This document shows, piece by piece, positions 63,382 through 64,000 of a DNA stretch of 64,000 nt. A program made the position numbers and the translations under genes. Under the pieces are notes generated by a model, which did no database searches, had not been told where the DNA came from, and was given only the letters and a program-made list of their open reading frames with translations. Each line of letters starts with the position of its first letter. Position 1 is the stretch's first letter. This DNA is from Octopus sinensis (taxonomy: Eukaryota): contig NC_043016.1 in NCBI RefSeq assembly GCF_006345805.1, forward strand, positions 4,092,001 to 4,156,000, written 5' to 3'.

Positions 63382-63703
63382 GGTGCAGGAGTGACTGTGT
63401 GGTAAGTAGCTTGCTTACCAACTATATAGCCTTGGGCTGACCAAAGCCTTGTGAGTGGATTTGGTGGACGGAAACTGAAAGAAGCCTGTCGTATATATAT
63501 GTTTGTGTGTCTGTGATTGTCCTGCTACCATTGCTTGACAACTGGTGTTGGTGTATTTACATCCCTGTAACTTAGTGGCTCGGCAAAAGAGACTGATAAA
63601 ATAAGTACTATGCTTACAAAAGTCCTAGGGTCGATTTGTTTGTCTCTAGAGGCAGTGTTCCAGCATAGCTGCAGTCAAATGACTGAATCAGATAAAAGAA
63701 TAA
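63382..63703 (+). mobile_element. Main-family SINE with an internal deletion removing the B box
   Basis: ggtgcaggagtgactgtgtggtaag...gtgagtggatttggtggacggaaactgaaagaagcc...gcagtcaaatgactgaa. Confidence 0.85.
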
Positions 63704-64000
63704 TATACAGATAAAATATTGCTTCCAAGTAGAGCAAAAAATTAGTTGATTTCTTCCTCCTTGCCCTGCTCCCACTAATCTTGGTGGCGCTTATTGAGTG
63801 CATGCAATTTCATATGTAGATAATTTCTCTTTGTCTATGGATTTTTTTCAGAATGTGACAAGGGATAAAATGAAATAGAATTAACCAGACCTATATTGTT
63901 TAAAAGTTTGAATGAATAATTGTTGAAGTTAATCGAAAAATATGTCTGATAAGGGATCTCTCCTCCAGCTGATGATGAATTGTTGTTCAATTCTTATCTC

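Overview
AT-rich eukaryotic genomic DNA, dense in microsatellites and transposons. The SINE and LINE families point to a cephalopod, probably an octopus (inference from repeat families, not a database match). Only one host coding exon is recognisable: 127 nt at 21147-21273 (+), MICU2/3 family and closest to MICU3, so most of the window is probably intron. Mobile DNA includes a full-length Chapaev3-type transposon with intact TIRs and TTA TSD (6128-8348), a full-length irritans-type mariner (27582-28861), piggyBac and Helitron relics, piggyBac- and mariner-type MITEs, a young CR1-group LINE 3' fragment, many RTE LINE fragments and several tRNA-derived SINE families. All transposase and RT frames are disrupted. 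Best leads: (1) a GC/CpG-rich nested hairpin at 16692-16803 whose apex matches the telomerase RNA CR4/5 (P6/P6.1) signature, with no template upstream and lying right after one copy of an exact 285-bp duplication; (2) a ~700-bp multi-hairpin foldback element (60651-61343) with minimal Penelope-type hammerhead ribozymes in its inverted termini; (3) a tRNA-headed SINE with a decayed hammerhead tail; (4) a covarying 3' stem-loop shared by SINEs and the CR1 LINE; (5) a mariner whose two flanks are inverted copies of each other. All folds and alignments were done by eye. Most repeat boundaries are approximate (tens of bp) unless TIR, TSD or splice positions are quoted.
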